Virus record (IMG/VR): IMGVR_UViG_3300025809_002164
Coordinates: 82,037-146,036 of that record
Strand: one strand, 5' to 3'
DNA from: a virus
DNA length: 64,000 bases
Shown in pieces: positions 20,454-29,942 of the stretch. The translations under genes and the position numbers were made by a program. Every line of letters starts with the position of its first letter. Within the stretch, counting starts at the first letter, position 1. The notes beneath the pieces are model-generated. The model had not been told where the DNA came from. It saw only the letters and a program-made list of their open reading frames with translations, and made no database searches.

Positions 20454-22387
20454 TATTTTTTCCAGCTAAGTTGAAAGGTTAATGATTTTAATTCAAAAGC
20501 CTGATCGATGTCAGTTGGATCTTCTGCTAATGTCTTAACTATTAAAGTGTCATCTATATGCAGGGCATTCCCAGAATCAGTCAAAGGGAATGCCGGCCTA
20601 ATATCAAAAGGCTCAACAAAGGTATTAGTTGGAGCTGAAGGTTGGTTAATTAAATCCACCATCGAGTTCGTACCAGCAGCAGTTAATCCATAATTCTCGA
20701 ACCTATCAAGATCAAATTCATCAACTCCATCTTGATGTCTAAATTTAAACCCTGATCCATTAAATCCAAATTCATAATTTTTTGCACTATTGAAATCAGC
20801 GATCACATTAAAAAATTCAGGGGTTGCAGTATTAATTGGAAAGTTTCCAGATTTTATATTCCAATATTTTAATGGATTACCCATGTTAATCGGACCGCTA
20901 TTCTCGACTATTGATCTATAGTGATTATGAATTTCTTCATCCACGTATTGGCCCGTCATGAATCCATAATACCCAGTAAGATTATTAAGGGAAGATTTAT
21001 CTCCCGATTTATACCATTGATATACAAAAACTCCAGTAGAAAAATCTTGTGGCGGAAGTGTGCTAGAGATGAATGTTGAATATTCTTGAGCAGTGCCTGT
21101 TACTATACCGCTAAAAGACATTGGTGAATATGTCCCATTCTTAAACAAGCCATCAGCAAATTCGCTAGCTTGATAACATCCAGTATAAGTATCCCCTATG
21201 TTTGTACCCGGAAATTGCATTTCCGCAAAAGCATTTCCACCTAAGTGTCTATAAAATACATTAAAATCTGAATCTATAATGCTACTGTCAAAACAACCGG
21301 TTGGTCTATTATATCTTATTCCATGTTTTTTACCAATGTCTTCAGAATAATCAAAATCGGTATCAAGTCCATCCGTGCCATAATAAAAATTATCCATTGG
21401 AGTTGTATAGCTGGTGGTAAATTGATTAATTAAATCCTTGAAGTGTTTTGACCCAGTAACTGAATACTCCTTACTAAGGTCGCTTCCAGCTTCGCCCATT
21501 AGTATTGGCATATTAACTACATCTATTGATCTAGGAGACAAGGAAACTTTATAAGTTGCAGGAATATTTACATCATATCCATCTAGAAAATAATCAGTAA
21601 AATTAAATCCAGTTCCACTAGGCATGCATTCTACAATCTGCCCTGGAGTCACAGGAAGCCCCGTACATGTAGCATAAATCCAAGAAGAGGTTTTGCCGTC
21701 ATACTCGTTCCCTAAATTTAAAAAATTTGCAGTTTCATAAATATCCCCCCTTATTCTAAATGTTATATCCTGAGTGCCGCAGTCAAAGTCGCAATTATTA
21801 TAAAATTTTATTGTGTTTATTTTATTTGCTATTTTAACTTCGTCGTATAAATTAGTATAACTAAAATCAGGCTCGGTTACAAATCCCCCTGTAGCTGCAA
21901 AACTTTTAAGCTCCTGCCTTTCGTATAAGTCTGACTCTACTACATATTTAAAATAAGCTATTTCAGCACCTCGGTCCTCAAACGATGCATGTATGCCTGA
22001 CTGCATGTCAATTTTTCTATCAAAGCAGGAAATTTGTGTTGGCTTAAAATTAATGCTTGGGTCATTCTGATTCAGAAATCCAGACTCTATGGCGATTTCC
22101 TGCCATCCAGTTGAGTATGTCTGTATAGTGATTTTAGACTCGTGAAAAGAAGGGGTGCCATCAACATATTTAAAGCCGCCTACAATAAAATCAATATCTT
22201 TACCACATACACAACTATTACAATCCAAGCAATCGTCAAAAGATCCATATATAGTCCTAGTAGCAATTACTCCGTCTGGAATAATAACACTTTCTGCTAT
22301 TTTCTTATAACAATATCCACTAACCTGAACGAAATCCTTACCTGCTGCATCAGATATAGGGACATATAATGAATTATTTATAGCCAT
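20453..22387 (-). CDS. putative virion protein, Cys-rich N-terminus, S/T-G rich
   Basis: GYCYKK...FDDCLDCNSCVC; GTGTA motif 9 nt upstream. Confidence 0.7.
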   Translation of the reverse strand: MAINNSLYVPISDAAGKDFVQVSGYCYKKIAESVIIPDGVIATRTIYGSFDDCLDCNSCVCGKDIDFIVGGFKYVDGTPSFHESKITIQTYSTGWQEIAIESGFLNQNDPSINFKPTQISCFDRKIDMQSGIHASFEDRGAEIAYFKYVVESDLYERQELKSFAATGGFVTEPDFSYTNLYDEVKIANKINTIKFYNNCDFDCGTQDITFRIRGDIYETANFLNLGNEYDGKTSSWIYATCTGLPVTPGQIVECMPSGTGFNFTDYFLDGYDVNIPATYKVSLSPRSIDVVNMPILMGEAGSDLSKEYSVTGSKHFKDLINQFTTSYTTPMDNFYYGTDGLDTDFDYSEDIGKKHGIRYNRPTGCFDSSIIDSDFNVFYRHLGGNAFAEMQFPGTNIGDTYTGCYQASEFADGLFKNGTYSPMSFSGIVTGTAQEYSTFISSTLPPQDFSTGVFVYQWYKSGDKSSLNNLTGYYGFMTGQYVDEEIHNHYRSIVENSGPINMGNPLKYWNIKSGNFPINTATPEFFNVIADFNSAKNYEFGFNGSGFKFRHQDGVDEFDLDRFENYGLTAAGTNSMVDLINQPSAPTNTFVEPFDIRPAFPLTDSGNALHIDDTLIVKTLAEDPTDIDQAFELKSLTFQLSWKK

Positions 22388-22396
22388 ATTTATATA

Positions 22397-22401
22397 TACA
22401 C
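22397..22401 (-). promoter_or_regulatory. GTGTA late-promoter motif
   Basis: GTGTA-N9-ATG(22387). Confidence 0.65.
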
Positions 22402-22421
22402 TTTTTATATTTAGTTTTCAT

Positions 22422-25400
22422 TTAAAAAATTCCAGTTTGCCCGTAAGTAAAAATGCCGCCAGTGTAAGATAGTCCGGTAGAGAAATGGTTCAACTCCCAA
22501 CTAGGCTGCGGGAGTTGCTGCATTCTTTGATAGCCTTTCGCAGAATTCAAAACTCCAGTTAGATCTATTGGTATGCATATCTCATAAATTGATACAGATT
22601 CTGGGCATTTTTCATAAATAGATACTTGAGCTCCAGGAGTTCTTGATGGAGTAATCGTACTAGTCGGAGTAATCGTACTGGTCGGAGTAATCGTACTAGT
22701 CGGAGTAATCGTACTGGTCGGAGTAATCGTACTGGTCGGAGTAATCGTACTAGTCGGAGTAATCGTACTAGTCGGAGTAATCGTACTGGTCGGAGTAATC
22801 GTACTAGTCGGAGTAATCGTACTAGTCGGAGTAATCGTACTGGTCGGAGTAATCGTACTGGTCGGAGTAATCGTACTGGTCGGAGTAATCGTACTAGTCG
22901 GAGTAATCGTACTGGTCGGAGTAATCGTACTGGTCGGAGTAATCGTGCTAGTTGGAGTACGGCTAGCTCCTGGAGTCATAGTATTCGTAGGAGTAATCGT
23001 ACTAGTAGGAGTCAATGTCACACTGGGAGTAACAGTAACTGTTGGAGTTCTGCTTGAAGGAGGACAATACGGAGGTTGATCATTATCAACGATTAAAACA
23101 TTGTATGGATTTTTATATAAAATCCTAGATGAAACACAATTTATTTGACCTATATTATATAATGTAATATTAAAAAATTCAGACTCTTCATGAATAAGAT
23201 CTTCTTTTGTGTTTATTGCAATATACTGAACATTTTCTCCGCCTGCAAAATTCAGAACCCCTGTGGTTCCAAAAAAGTCTATACCCTGATCTGCAGAAAA
23301 TAGGCTAGACGATGTTTTATATCCTACGGAAAAAGGCCCCGAGTAATCTTTGTCAGAGTAAGTTAATTCCCTATAAACCCTGACTCCAGTAGCTTGACCC
23401 TCAACGACATAAGTTGATGGATATTGAAATCTAATAGAGAGTTCTTTTTGAATACAAGTCGGAGTCGGAGTAATCGTATTAGTCGGAGTAATCGTGTTAG
23501 TCGGAGTAATCGTATTGCTCGGAGTAATCGTGCTTGTTGGGGTAATCGTACTGGTCGGAGTAATCGTATTGCTCGGAGTAATCGTGCTTGTTGGGGTAAT
23601 CGTACTGGTCGGAGTAATCGTACTAGTCGGAGTAATCGTACTAGTCGGAGTAATTGTACTAGTCGGAGTAATCGTACTGGTCGGAGTAATCGTACTAGTC
23701 GGAGTAATCGTACTAGTCGGAGTAATCGTACTAGTCGGAGTAATCGTACTAGTCGGAGTAATCGTACTAGTCGGAGTAATCGTACTAGTCGGAGTAATCG
23801 TACTAGTTGGAGTAATCGTACTAGTCGGAGTAATCGTACTAGTCGGAGTAATCGTACTAGTTGGAGTAATCGTGCTTGTTGGAGTAATCGTACTAGTCGG
23901 AGTAATCGTACTAGTCGGAGTAATCGTGCTTGTTGGAGTAATCGTACTAGTCGGAGTAATCGTACTAGTCGGAGTAATCGTACTGGTCGGAGTAATCGTA
24001 CTGGTCGGAGTAATCGTACTAGTTGGAGTAATCGTACTAGTCGGAGTAATCGTGCTAGTCAAGGTCGGAGTAATCGTACTAGTCGGAGTAATCGTGCTAG
24101 TCGGAGTAATCGTGCTAGTCAAGGTCGGAGTAATCGTACTAGTCGGAGTAATCGTGCTAGTCGGAGTCGCTGTCTGACTGCTTGTTGGAGTCGGAGTTGG
24201 GGTTCTTACTGCGATATTAATAACTCCACACTTAGATTTCCTATTAGTATTCAAGTTATCTATAAAAACAAAAGCATTGTAATTACCTAAGCTACTATAA
24301 GTATGACTTACTGTCGTATAATATCCGACTTCATTATCCCATGATAATTTTTGATTGCTCAGAATAGTACCATCTCCAAAGTTAACACTATACCTCAAAT
24401 CATTACTTACATTAAATTGATCTTCAGCCATCAAACCTAAAGAAAAAGTAGAAGCTCCATACTCAACCCTAGAACCAAAAGGAATACAGCAACTTCCCGA
24501 TAGTAAAGATGTCGATGGCGTTATAGTTGGAGTAATCGTACTGGTCGGAGTAATCGTACTAGTTGGAGTAATTGTACTGGTCGCAGTTGGAGTAATCGTA
24601 CTGGTTGGAGTAATCGTACTAGTCGTAGTCGGAGTACTGGTCGCAGTCGGAGTAATCGTACTGGTCGGAGTAATCGTACTAGTCGGAGTAATCGTACTGG
24701 TCGGAGTATTTGTCGGAGTAATCGTACTGGTCGGAGTATTTGTCGGAGTAATCGTACTAGTCGGAGTATTTGTTGGAGTAATCGTACTAGTAATCGAAAT
24801 AGTCGGAGTATTCGTCGGAGTAATCGTACTAGTCGGAGTATTCGTCGGAGTAATCGTACTGGTCGGAGTATTTGTCGGAGTAATCGTACTGGTCGGAGTA
24901 TTTGTCGGAGTAATCGTGCTAGTCGGAGTATTTGTAGGAGTAATCGTACTAGTAATCGAAATAGTCGGAGTATTCGTCGGAGTAATCGAAATAGTCGGAG
25001 TATTCGTCGGAGTAATCGTACTAGTAATCGAAATAGTCGGAGTAATCGTGCTAGTCGGAGTATTTGTAGGAGTAATCGTAGGGGTGGCTGTACTACTCGG
25101 ACTCGGAGGCGGAACTTCGCCCTGCACGATATTCATTGGAGCGGGAGAACCCGCCATCGAAATCGGACTAGAAGCATAAGTTAAAGTAAGGCTCGGAGTA
25201 AATACTGAAGATTTCTGAATTGTCCCGTTAGTAATCTGCTCAGACCTAGAAAATCCTCCATCTCCTACTAGCCTGACTTGTATCAACTTGTCTCCTGGGT
25301 TTAATGCATCGTCATGAAGAGAAATCTCAAAAATTTTTCTTCTTCCAAGATTATTTAATGCCGCAACATTCGTAGTTGGAGGATTCATGTGAGTTCCACG

Positions 25401-25949
25401 AAACGTAGTCGCTACTGCGGATCCTTTGTATGTATTAAAATGATTCTCGTTTGTAAAAATTGGATCCTGACCATCCAGCTTTTCATTGTAACCCATGTAA
25501 TAATAGATTCCAACTGGAGACATCTCCACAATATTTGAAATGGCAAACAATTTAGTGTATATCTTTGTTACCAAACCAGCCCGAGTTTCACCCGCTGCAA
25601 TATTAATATTTGCTATATTAAAATCGAAGGTGTGGGATGTTGGGGGGTTAGTAACACTTCCAGAAAACAACCCATTGAAGCCGCGAGCTGTGCTGCCATT
25701 CTGGAGCTTATAGTAACCCAAACTTGTCGCAGTCCTTCTCTCTGAAGGCCAGGATCGAACACCTCCAACTATTTTTTTTGATAATTGCTGAAGGGCCGGT
25801 AAAAACCCAACAATACTGAGCTCTCCAGAAAAAACTCCCCCTATTGCCAAGCTAGCGGCAGCAGGCAGCCTGAATAAATATTTCTTATCATAAGAACTGG
25901 AGCCGTTGTAGATATGTTTATTCCATCTATCTGTATGAACTACCGACAT
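22422..25949 (-). CDS. mucin-like virion protein: N-domain, PTS, PKD, PTS, Calx-beta, PTS (start moved to ATG 25949)
   Basis: [17 protein letters not shown] (PKD); [32 protein letters not shown] (Calx-beta); ATG lies 1 nt after the upstream stop. Confidence 0.85.
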   Translation of the reverse strand: MSVVHTDRWNKHIYNGSSSYDKKYLFRLPAAASLAIGGVFSGELSIVGFLPALQQLSKKIVGGVRSWPSERRTATSLGYYKLQNGSTARGFNGLFSGSVTNPPTSHTFDFNIANINIAAGETRAGLVTKIYTKLFAISNIVEMSPVGIYYYMGYNEKLDGQDPIFTNENHFNTYKGSAVATTFRGTHMNPPTTNVAALNNLGRRKIFEISLHDDALNPGDKLIQVRLVGDGGFSRSEQITNGTIQKSSVFTPSLTLTYASSPISMAGSPAPMNIVQGEVPPPSPSSTATPTITPTNTPTSTITPTISITSTITPTNTPTISITPTNTPTISITSTITPTNTPTSTITPTNTPTSTITPTNTPTSTITPTNTPTSTITPTNTPTISITSTITPTNTPTSTITPTNTPTSTITPTNTPTSTITPTSTITPTSTITPTATSTPTTTSTITPTSTITPTATSTITPTSTITPTSTITPTITPSTSLLSGSCCIPFGSRVEYGASTFSLGLMAEDQFNVSNDLRYSVNFGDGTILSNQKLSWDNEVGYYTTVSHTYSSLGNYNAFVFIDNLNTNRKSKCGVINIAVRTPTPTPTSSQTATPTSTITPTSTITPTLTSTITPTSTITPTSTITPTLTSTITPTSTITPTSTITPTSTITPTSTITPTSTITPTSTITPTSTITPTSTITPTSTITPTSTITPTSTITPTSTITPTSTITPTSTITPTSTITPTSTITPTSTITPTSTITPTSTITPTSTITPTSTITPTSTITPTSTITPTSTITPTSTITPTSTITPSNTITPTSTITPTSTITPSNTITPTNTITPTNTITPTPTCIQKELSIRFQYPSTYVVEGQATGVRVYRELTYSDKDYSGPFSVGYKTSSSLFSADQGIDFFGTTGVLNFAGGENVQYIAINTKEDLIHEESEFFNITLYNIGQINCVSSRILYKNPYNVLIVDNDQPPYCPPSSRTPTVTVTPSVTLTPTSTITPTNTMTPGASRTPTSTITPTSTITPTSTITPTSTITPTSTITPTSTITPTSTITPTSTITPTSTITPTSTITPTSTITPTSTITPTSTITPTSTITPTSTITPTSTITPTSTITPSRTPGAQVSIYEKCPESVSIYEICIPIDLTGVLNSAKGYQRMQQLPQPSWELNHFSTGLSYTGGIFTYGQTGIF
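22648..23050 (-). repeat. 18-bp tandem repeat (TPTSTI)n
   Basis: About 17 near-perfect units GTCGGAGTAATCGTACT(A/G). Confidence 0.95.
23458..24200 (-). repeat. longest 18-bp tandem repeat array (about 39 units)
   Basis: Near-perfect units with TPTLTSTI and TPSNTI variants. Confidence 0.95.
24515..25110 (-). repeat. PTS repeat with higher-order 30-bp unit ([10 protein letters not shown])n
   Basis: GTCGGAGTATTTGTCGGAGTAATCGTACTG repeated. Confidence 0.9.
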
Positions 25950-25950
25950 A

Positions 25951-28170
25951 CTAACTAGGCTCAACTATAAATACCGAGTAAGGATTAACTCCTAGGATCT
26001 GAACGTTAGAACTTACACTAACTGGGTTAGATAAGTAAATATTAAAAAACTCATCGCTCTCCCTAGGGTCATTATCTCCAGGAATCGGCAAGCCAGTAAC
26101 TGTTATTTCTTTGAAAAGTTCACCCTTATTGAAAGATAGTGTGCCTGCCCCAGAAGCATAGTCATATTCATACCCAGCAATCGCAAAAACACCGGAGCCG
26201 GAAGCACTATTTCCCGCATCCCTAGTGGAGTAATCAACAGAAAATGCTTCTAAAGATTGATCGCTCCTGAACGAATCTCTTACAACTCTTAAAGTCGCAA
26301 CTGTTCCTTCTACTAAATAAGTGGAAGAATATTGAAACCTTACATACTGATTATTTATCCGGCTCAAAGTCGGAGTAATCGTAGTAGTCGGAGTAATCGT
26401 AGTAGTCGGAGTAATCGTACTAGTCGGAGTAATCGTGCTAGTTGGAGTAATCGTACTAGTTGGAGTAATTGTGCTGGTCGCAGTTGGAGTGATCGTACTA
26501 GTCGGAGTAATCGTACTAGTCGGAGTAATCGTACTAGTTGGAGTAATCGTACTAGTCGGAGTAATCGTACTGGTCGGAGTAATCGTACTGGTTGGAGTGC
26601 GGCTAGCTCCTGGAGTCATAGTATTCGTAGGAGTAATCGTACTAGTTGGAGTGATCGTACTAGTCGGAGTAATCGTACTGGTTGGAGTAATCGTACTGGT
26701 CGGAGTAATCGTACTAGTCGGAGTAATCGTACTGGTCGGAGTAATCGTACTGGTCGGAGTAATCGTACTGGTTGGAGTAATTGTGCTAGTAGTAGTAACA
26801 GTCGGAGTAACCGTGCTGCTAATCGTAATGCTCGGAGTAATAGTCGGAGTGATTGTACTGGTTGGAGTAATAGTTGGGGTTAAGCTACTCGTAGGAGTAG
26901 GGCTTAAAGCTATTACCGGAGGACAGAAAAGAGCTTCGTCAAAATCTGAAGATGACGGATTACCTGGGCACGGCTTTGGGTCGTTAGATCCTGGAGCAGA
27001 GGCTGAGTTGAGGCAACCCCCACTCACCAGAAAACCATTAGTGGTTGTTAACGTAAAATCAAAGCCAACATCAACACTAGCAGCTCCGCCAATCTGCATG
27101 TTCGTATTTTTGCTTTTCAATACAGCATTATCAATAACATAAGTCATTAACGTTCTTCTCGAGGTATCGTCTCCCTGACAAAAGGAAGAGGATGGCGGAC
27201 AATTATCCTTACAATCTATTGTTATCTTGTAAGGCTTATCGTAACCTAATATTTTATTCAAATTACCCGTCTCTAAATTTCTTTTAATTATATTCAGATT
27301 TAAAGATCCCCTAGCGGGCAAACTTAATTTCCTATCATACGGATACATAGATCCAAACCCATACAGATTTCTACGATTTAAGTCAACACCAATATCAAAG
27401 CCTACAGCATTAGCATTATCCTTAGATACTACAGATCCTCCGATATTTAATTCTTCAATTTTAATATCTATATAATTAGGAAGCAAGGCTGGAGCGGAAT
27501 ACTCATCAGCGAAGTCCTGAGGTCCAAATTGATATTTATGACGATCCTTGTACTCTCCGTCGTATAAATGAATTGCAGGTATATAATTATTGGAGTTATA
27601 TTCATCCAGCTTAATATTTGAAGCTTGATAATCCATTGAGACCACAGCTGGCGAGCCAACTTGCACCGATAAATTATAACTTGTAGCGAATGCATTGCCT
27701 ACACCCATGACATAATGCCCAATAAAGTCAGACTCTTTCAGTAAATAATTAGCTTGCTTACCTACATCACTCCTAAGGACCAGGAAAAAGTTTTTATCCC
27801 CAAAGTGTCTAGATATAAAGCTATTTTCCGCAATACCTCCGTTAGGGACAACATTAAAATTTAAAAGGTATTCATTAAGCCCACAAGTAGGTAGGTAGCT
27901 GAAACTAAAATTAACAGGAACCGGCTCTATGTTTACATCAATATTACTTCCAGGGCTAGGAACTGCATTGATTACATTAATTCTCCGAGTAAGCAAGTCT
28001 TCATGACCTATCTGCTTAATCTCTTCTCTATTTATATCAAAACCATAAGAAACGGACTGAACTTTTGTTATTTGTCTAAGAAATGATTGGTCGACATCAA
28101 AATGCGGCCTGAATGCTGGAGCTGGACCAACAAATAAAGCTGCATAATCAGACCTAAAAAAATTCCTCAT
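25951..28170 (-). CDS. tail tube paralogue fused to a PTS stalk and Calx-beta domain
   Basis: First ~390 aa align by eye with the 540-aa protein (ALF.sP, VQS..Y.F.INR, FSY, NFF, GN, IPAI, GNL, AVL.S); then TPTSTI array; [29 protein letters not shown]. Confidence 0.8.
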   Translation of the reverse strand: MRNFFRSDYAALFVGPAPAFRPHFDVDQSFLRQITKVQSVSYGFDINREEIKQIGHEDLLTRRINVINAVPSPGSNIDVNIEPVPVNFSFSYLPTCGLNEYLLNFNVVPNGGIAENSFISRHFGDKNFFLVLRSDVGKQANYLLKESDFIGHYVMGVGNAFATSYNLSVQVGSPAVVSMDYQASNIKLDEYNSNNYIPAIHLYDGEYKDRHKYQFGPQDFADEYSAPALLPNYIDIKIEELNIGGSVVSKDNANAVGFDIGVDLNRRNLYGFGSMYPYDRKLSLPARGSLNLNIIKRNLETGNLNKILGYDKPYKITIDCKDNCPPSSSFCQGDDTSRRTLMTYVIDNAVLKSKNTNMQIGGAASVDVGFDFTLTTTNGFLVSGGCLNSASAPGSNDPKPCPGNPSSSDFDEALFCPPVIALSPTPTSSLTPTITPTSTITPTITPSITISSTVTPTVTTTSTITPTSTITPTSTITPTSTITPTSTITPTSTITPTSTITPTSTITPTSTITPTNTMTPGASRTPTSTITPTSTITPTSTITPTSTITPTSTITPTSTITPTATSTITPTSTITPTSTITPTSTITPTTTITPTTTITPTLSRINNQYVRFQYSSTYLVEGTVATLRVVRDSFRSDQSLEAFSVDYSTRDAGNSASGSGVFAIAGYEYDYASGAGTLSFNKGELFKEITVTGLPIPGDNDPRESDEFFNIYLSNPVSVSSNVQILGVNPYSVFIVEPS
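26368..26900 (-). repeat. 18-bp tandem repeat (TPTSTI)n
   Basis: Same unit as the other arrays. Confidence 0.95.
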
Positions 28171-28183
28171 ACCTTAATAAACA

Positions 28184-28214
28184 ATTACACCACAACCGGA
28201 GATTGTGGTGTAAT
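28184..28214 (-). terminator. perfect 12-bp inverted repeat; probable terminator of the tail tube gene, with GTGTA in its arms
   Basis: ATTACACCACAA-ccggaga-TTGTGGTGTAAT, followed by TGTTTATT on the minus strand. Confidence 0.65.
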
Positions 28215-28253
28215 ATAATAAAATATATATACTTTATTTACATTCTTTTAAAA

Positions 28254-29876
28254 TTAAAAGTGTTTTGTGTGTTTAGCCACTTCGGAATTCCAACCTTCAG
28301 ACTCTTTTCCGGAGTAGTATCCAGATGTTCCAAGGTGTCCATATCTGAAATATTTCAGCCCGTCCCCTGTATTCTCAATAGTTGGGAAAGATTTATTCTT
28401 GCCATCAGCCCCTGTCTGGTTTTCATAGCCAGAAAAGAATACTCCAACCGCTGATTCTTCAGGGCCTCCTATTTGAGTTGAAAATGTAAGGTCTACGGTT
28501 TTATTGTCTCCTATTGATGAACTAAAGCTTTCTGAATCTAGTACGGCTTTTTTGAAATCAATCACAATAGCATCAGGTTTTGCGTTAGGATCACATACAA
28601 CACATGAAGGATTTTGAATTCTAACCTTAAGGTCGTAAGTTCCTCCGCAAATAAGATCAACTAAATTTCCATCTTTTAAATCTGCTACTAATGCATTAAC
28701 ACTCAAAGAGCAAGTTACAGGAAAATCTACTTCTTTAGCATATGCATATGTACTACCCAATCTCTGTAATGCTGATCTACCGAGAGGAGTAGATAACGAA
28801 AAGCTTTGAATGTGAGCACTACCAAAATCGGCAGGATTATTATACCCAACAGAATTTCCAGATAATTGCCTAGAAATTAATGCAGAATCTTGAAGATCTA
28901 TAGTTATATCTCCAGGCTTTAAGACGCTTTGACCTTGACCACTTTCAGTGGGGGGTAAAGTGAAGCATCTATCACAAATTAATGTGCCATCTGTTGGATC
29001 AATTGCTGGTATATTTTTGTAATCTGTACCCACGTCAGATTTTAAATTCATTCCTTCTACGGTAACTGAAGCTGTTGGAAAGGATCCAACACTTCCTTCT
29101 ATAGAATAATCAGTAACATAACCGTTTCCAAGACTAATAGATGTTTTCTCTGCCTCGGTTACCATTTGGTCACCCTTGAGAGCATCTCTGCCTTCTGGCA
29201 CAGTTAATATAAAAAAGTTGTTTCCAAATTCATTTTGAGATCGAGTCATCATTCCTGACAAGCTCTGAAATGAGCCATCAGTTACCATCCCCATTAATCT
29301 TTCATTTTCTCCATCCGTCAAGTAGTAAGAAAAATCCAGACTTACAGTTGGAGCCTCAAGGACCACAGAGTCGATTCTTGCTAAATGTCCAAACTGATTG
29401 ACATCTTGCCTATTTATAGTAAAGCTATAATTAGCGCTTTGAACTCTTTTAAGTTGCTCAACAGTTGTTCCCCATGAACCTTTAACATTGACGTCTCCAT
29501 AGTGCTTCATGTATTTCAAGCCATTACCCGTAACACCACTTAGCATACCAAGGTCAGCGAGTACTGGATGCCCCACCGCTTTGTAACCAGTATTCCCTGT
29601 AAGATTAAAGCCTGTAAAAGTTCCAGTACAGTCGTAAGTTTTATATTTAAAGTCAGTCCAAAGACCTCCTCCAGTTGTTCCGGATCCCACACAAGCATTA
29701 AAACCAAACGTGGAGTCATTCACACCACTTCCGGTTATCATACATTCATTTATCGTTGTTGCCCCGGTTACCGACTCGGGTGGCATGTAGTAAAGATGAT
29801 GACCTGTCGTGTCTGGTGATATGAATAAAGCTTCACTTTGATAAATTACTCGATTTCTTGCTGGTAGTTTGCTCAT
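28254..29876 (-). CDS. major tail tube protein (two tube domains)
   Basis: Beta-rich; RVQSANYSFTINR..FG and HIQSFSLSTPLGR..LG mark duplicated halves; follows neck genes; own promoter and terminator. Confidence 0.7.
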   Translation of the reverse strand: MSKLPARNRVIYQSEALFISPDTTGHHLYYMPPESVTGATTINECMITGSGVNDSTFGFNACVGSGTTGGGLWTDFKYKTYDCTGTFTGFNLTGNTGYKAVGHPVLADLGMLSGVTGNGLKYMKHYGDVNVKGSWGTTVEQLKRVQSANYSFTINRQDVNQFGHLARIDSVVLEAPTVSLDFSYYLTDGENERLMGMVTDGSFQSLSGMMTRSQNEFGNNFFILTVPEGRDALKGDQMVTEAEKTSISLGNGYVTDYSIEGSVGSFPTASVTVEGMNLKSDVGTDYKNIPAIDPTDGTLICDRCFTLPPTESGQGQSVLKPGDITIDLQDSALISRQLSGNSVGYNNPADFGSAHIQSFSLSTPLGRSALQRLGSTYAYAKEVDFPVTCSLSVNALVADLKDGNLVDLICGGTYDLKVRIQNPSCVVCDPNAKPDAIVIDFKKAVLDSESFSSSIGDNKTVDLTFSTQIGGPEESAVGVFFSGYENQTGADGKNKSFPTIENTGDGLKYFRYGHLGTSGYYSGKESEGWNSEVAKHTKHF

Positions 29877-29914
29877 TATATTATATATTTTAGTAAATTT
29901 GTAGTTGAAATTAA

Positions 29915-29941
29915 ATACACAAGAAAAATATTTTTGTGAAA
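29915..29941 (-). promoter_or_regulatory. late promoter TTTCACAAAA-N12-TGTAT (contains GTGTA)
   Basis: Identical elements and spacing at 63664-63690. Confidence 0.6.
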
Positions 29942-29942
29942 T

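Noticed and set aside
22648-24200. Arrays as CRISPR or iterons
   Set aside because: No spacers; units are contiguous, in frame and vary mostly at third codon positions.
28203-28454. 83-aa plus-strand ORF
   Set aside because: TTG start inside the hairpin, low complexity, antisense to the tube gene.
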